From Prorocentrum cordatum (lineage: Eukaryota), in assembly GCA_963575745.1 (NCBI GenBank), contig CAUYUJ010000137.1, positions 310,001 through 374,000 of the forward strand: a DNA stretch of 64,000 bases, written 5' to 3'. Each line of letters starts with the position of its first letter. Position 1 is the first letter of the stretch. Below are positions 59,780 through 64,000 of the stretch, piece by piece. The notes under the pieces were generated by a model, which saw only the letters and a list, made by a program, of their open reading frames with translations, did no database searches and was not told where the DNA came from. Made by a program: the position numbers and the translations under genes.

Positions 59780-60765
59780 CGAGCACGCTTTTTCAGAGTG
59801 TCTCAAGCGAAACCAACAATTTTGGGAGGCAGTCTCAAACGAAACGATCAATGTTTCAAGGATGTCTCAAGCGGAGCCAGCAATTCTTCGAGGACGCCTC
59901 AAGCGAAACGAAAAACTTGTCGATGATGTCTCAAGCGAAACAAGCATATACTCGAGGATGTGTCAAGCGAAACAAGCATACACCGAAGGGCGTCTCAAGC
60001 GAAACAGTACGTTTCTAAAGGATGTATCCTTATCATCTCCTCCTCATCCTCCTCCTCCTCCTCCCACTGGTGCCCTGAACTTGTTCATCGCTGTGGTTGA
60101 GTATCCTAGGAAAACGAAGCAGATGAGCCACCCTACACGAACATATGAACATCTTGATCCCCATTAAGCGCTTACAAATAAACTCTAATAAAGTTTGAAC
60201 TTTGGATTTGTTCTTCCTCCTTCTCCTATTCCTCTCCTCTCTCTCCCTCTCTCTCCGTCTTTCTCTCTCTCTCTCTCTCTATCTATTTTTCTCTTTATTT
60301 CTCAACATCGTTCTCTCTTTCTCGCTGTCCCTCTATCTGTCCCCTGTCTCTTTTTCTCGTTCTCTTTCTTTCTCTCTGTCAACATTTATCCTTCTTTCCG
60401 TGCCCCCCTGAACTTTTTTATCGTTGTGGTTGACTATCCTGGGAGAACGAGGCACATGAGCTCCCTACACGAGCAGATGAACATCGTAATTTCCGTTAAG
60501 CGCTTACAAATAAAATCTAATAGGTTTCGTTTGGACGGTCCTCGACGAGCACGCTCGTCGAGGACCGTCCAAACGAAACAAACACGTTCGGTGAAGACAT
60601 CTCAAGCGAAACGAGCAGTAAAAAGGAACTCTCAAGCGAAGCAAACAAATAGTTCGAGGATGTCTCAAGTGAAACGAGAGATTTGTCGAGGATGTTTCAA
60701 GCGAGACAAGCCATTGTTGAGGATGCCTCAGAGAGGACAAAAAGCCAAGGATGTCTCAAGATATC
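59780..60765. repeat. ~32-bp GATGTCTCAAGCGAAAC minisatellite blocks plus a ~125-bp duplication (60068-60192 / 60400-60522)
   Basis: Direct inspection. Confidence 0.8.
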
Positions 60766-61645
60766 CTCGGCGTTGGCCCCTCTGTTAACATCTTCATTCG
60801 GGCCTCTGGTGGATACGTTTATTATCGCACCGTAACCGCCGAACTTTATTCTCCCAGGGGGTTCATTATCGGCTGTTTGGGGTCAATCCCCCTCCTCCTC
60901 CACATCCTCCTCCTCCTCCCCCTCCGCCTCCTCCTTCTCCGCCTCCTCCTCCTCCTCCTCCTCCTCCTCCTCCTCCTCCTCCTCCTCCTCCTCCTCCACC
61001 TCCTCCTCCTCCGATTATTCACTCCCCCGATGCGACCGATGTGCCCCAATGGAGTCGGAAAGAAAAAGGGGAGTTGGGCCGAGAGTGCATCCTCGTGGGA
61101 ACCAGTCCTGGGCCCAGGGGTTTCGCCAGGGGGGGAGGTGGGGCAGTTCTCTCGTCCCCGATCTTTGCTTGGCGACCCCCGCAGCCTGGGGAGAAGGCAC
61201 CCCTCGGGGGGCGAGAACAGCAGAAACAGCATGCAGGACCCCCGCATTTCTGGGAGCACTCCTGCCACACAAAATGGCGGGAACGGCGACAATGACGGTG
61301 CCCGCAAGAGAGTCCACGCGAGGGGGCTGAGTGATCCGAAGGAAGGAAGGGGGGGGGCGGGGGGGAGGAAAAACATCACCCACCTCCTGCCCGCTGGCCA
61401 GAGGCAGTATGTTTACACAGGGGGTAAACGACACCGTACACTGGCGCAGCGTACAACGGCTGTTGATGTACCACCACCACTAGACACTGCATCTCTCCGC
61501 TTAGCCTTCTGTCCCACCGTCGACGATGCCCGTGCCCGCGCGACGCAGGACCGCAGGCGCTTTGGCTTAAGGAGTGTCACCGCAAGGGCAAGGGGGCGAG
61601 ACGTGTGGCCGCGCTTGTCGCTTGAGACCCGAACTCGAACACTTG

Positions 61646-64000
61646 TTCCCAACCATTCTGTGGTGTTGGGTCCTCGTTTTGAAGAGACGTTGCCCCGCGT
61701 TCCTCCTCCTCGTTCCTCCTCCTCCCCTTCCTCCCCCCTCCTCCCCCTCCCACACCCATTCTGGCACACCCCTCACACGCTTCGTGGCCCCATAGGGAGC
61801 TCCACCGAAGGCCCCAGTGGCTGCGCCCGCATGCGGTTCCACCCCCATTCTGGCACACCCCTCACACGTTTCGTGGCCCCATAGGGAGCTCCACCGAAGG
61901 CCCCAGTGGCTGCGCCCGCATGCGGTTCCACCCCCCATTCTGGCACACCCCTCAACACGTTTCGTGGCCCCATAGGGAGCTCCACCGAAGGCCCCAATGG
62001 CTGCGCCCGCATGCGGTTCCACCCCCCATTCTAGGACACCCCTCACACGTTTCGTGGCCCCATAGGGAGCTCCACCGAAGGCCCCAGTGGCTGCGCCCGC
62101 ATGCAGTTCCACCCCCCATTCTGGCACACCCCTCACACGCTTCGTGGCCCCATGGGGAGCTCCACCGAAGGCCCCAGTGGCTGCGCCCGCATGCGGTTCC
62201 AACCTTCATTTTGGCACACCCCTTACACGCTTCGTGGCACCATAGGGAGCTCCACCGAAGGCCCCAGTGGCTGCGCCCGCATGCGGTTCCACCCCCCATT
62301 CTGGCACACCCCTCACACGTTTCGTGGCCCCATAGGGAGCTCCACCGAAGGCCCCAGTGGCTGCGCCCGCATGCGGTTCCACCCCCCATTCTGGCACACC
62401 CCTCACATGTTTCGTGGCCCCATAGGGAGCTCCACCGAAGGTCCCAGTGGCTGCCCCGCATGCGGTTCCACCCCCCATTCTGGCACACCCCTCACACGCT
62501 TCGTGGCTCTATAGGGAGCTCCACCGAAGTGAAGAGAGTCGTGGCAGTGTAGCTTCAGCTCGGCTTAGCGTGGGGATGCGAAAGGGGGAAGTGACGGGCG
62601 GGGATCGAGGAAGCCAGCTGAGGTGAGAGGGGGAGGGGGAAGGGGCCCCAGTGGCTGCGCCGCATGCGGTTCCCCCCCCTCATTTTCGGAACACCCCTCA
62701 CACGTTTCGTGGCCCCACAGGGAGCTCCACCGAAGGCCCCATGGCTGCCGTCCGCATGCGTCCCGCACACCCATTTCGGAACACCCCTCACACGTTTCGT
62801 GGCCCCACAGGGAGCTCCACCGAAGGCCCCAGTGCTGCCGTCCGCATGCGTCCCGCACACCCATTTCGGCACACCCCTCACACGTTTCGTGGCCCCATAG
62901 GGAGCTCCACCGAAGGCCCCAGTGGCTGCGCCCGCATGCGGTTCCACCCCCATTCTGGCACACCCCTCACACGTTTCGTGGCCCCATAGGGAGCTCCACC
63001 GAAGGCCCCAGTGGCTGCGCCCGCATGCGGTTCCACCCCCCATTCTGGCACTCCACCCCCCGTGGCACCCACGGCGCGTGGCCCCATAGGGAGCTCCACC
63101 GAAGGCCCCATGCTGGTTGCGCCCGCGCGGTGGGCACACCCCCCAGTTCTGCACGGCACACCCCTCACACGTTCGTGGCGTGGCCCGCATAGGGATAGCT
63201 CCACCGAAGGCCCCAGTGGCTGCGCCCGCATGCGGTTCCACCCCCATTGGGCACACCCCTCACACGTTTCGTGGCCCCATAGGGAGCTCCACCGAAGGCC
63301 CCAGTGGCTGCGCCCGCATGCGGTTCCACCCCCCATTCTGGCACACCCCTCACACGTTTCGTGGCCCCATAGGGAGCTCCACCGAAGGCCCCAGTGGCTG
63401 CGCCCGCATGCGGTTCCACCCCCCATTCTGGCACACCCCTCACACGTTTCGTGGCCCCATAGGGAGCTCCACCGAAGGCCCCAGTGGCTGCGCCCGCATG
63501 CGGTTCCACCCCCCATTCTGGCACACCCCTCACACGCTTCGTGGCCCCATAGGGAGCTCCACCGAAGCCCCAGTGGCTGCGCCCGCATGCGGTTCCACCC
63601 CCATTCTGGCACACCCCTCACACGTTTCGTGGCCCCATAGGGAGCTCCACCGAAGGCCCCAGTGGCTGCGCCCGCATGCGGTTCCACCCCCCTGGCACAC
63701 CCCTTTTCGTGGCCCCATAGGGACCGAAGGCCCCAGTGGCTGCGCCCGCATGCGGTTCCACCCCATTCTGGCACACCCCTCACACGTTTCGTGGCCCCAT
63801 AGGGAGCTCCACCGAACGTTCCAGTGGCTGCGCCCGCATGCGGTTCCACCCCCCATTTCGGCACACCCCTCACACGCTTCGTGGGTGGGTCCATGGGGAG
63901 CTCCACCGGACGCCCCAATGGCTGCGCTCGCATGTGGTTCCCACCCCCATTTCGGCACACCCCTCACATGTTCCGTGGCCCCATAGAGAGCTCCACCGAA
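61646..64000 (-). repeat. 90-bp satellite array B with terminal cap (61646-61699), continues past the window end
   Basis: Same unit and cap as array A; interrupted by ~110 bp of unrelated sequence at 62530-62640. Confidence 0.97.

Noticed and set aside
59780..60010. CRISPR-like alternation of GATGTCTCAAGCGAAAC with variable spacers
   Set aside because: Period is only ~32 bp, spacers are ~12 nt and mutually similar, repeats are degenerate, and there are no cas genes; this is a minisatellite.
56966..63986. Long ORFs of 300-670 aa (GAFGGAPYGATKRVRG...)
   Set aside because: They are translations of the 90-bp satellite, open in most frames on both strands because the unit length is a multiple of 3.
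1..64000. tRNA, rRNA, snRNA, full SL RNA gene or telomeric repeats
   Set aside because: The GGTTCGA-type hits checked lack cloverleaf context, and no conserved rRNA, Sm-site/SL intron or TTTAGGG arrays were seen by eye.

Overview
GC-rich, repeat-dense eukaryotic DNA, most consistent with a dinoflagellate (Prorocentrum-like) nuclear genome. Evidence: a relict dinoflagellate spliced leader, short exon-like segments with GC donors, and abundant micro- and minisatellites. Almost all long ORFs in the supplied track are artefacts of repeats. The main structure is a nested stack of mobile elements. (1) A degraded APE-type LINE (ORF1 coiled coil; ORF2 endonuclease, RT, CCHC, RNase H; about 17.6-35.3 kb, +). 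(2) An 11.75-kb element with 34-bp terminal inverted repeats and a 2-bp AA target duplication (18816-30568) that splits LINE ORF1; removing it restores the reading frame. It carries what looks like its own multi-exon minus-strand gene and no recognisable transposase. (3) A 3.1-kb insertion with a 6-bp TSD inside that element (26696-29796). A 5'-truncated CRE-like RLE retrotransposon (16409-17565, -) abuts the LINE head to head. Three arrays of a 90-bp satellite each end in the same ~55-bp stem-loop cap. Also present: palindromic MITE-like repeats, isolated exon-like fragments, a frameshifted first exon at 46019-46422, and possible degraded HUH-Rep and hAT relics. No rRNA, tRNA or CRISPR array was found. 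A 100-N gap lies at 20113-20212. All family assignments come from motif recognition by eye, not from database searches.
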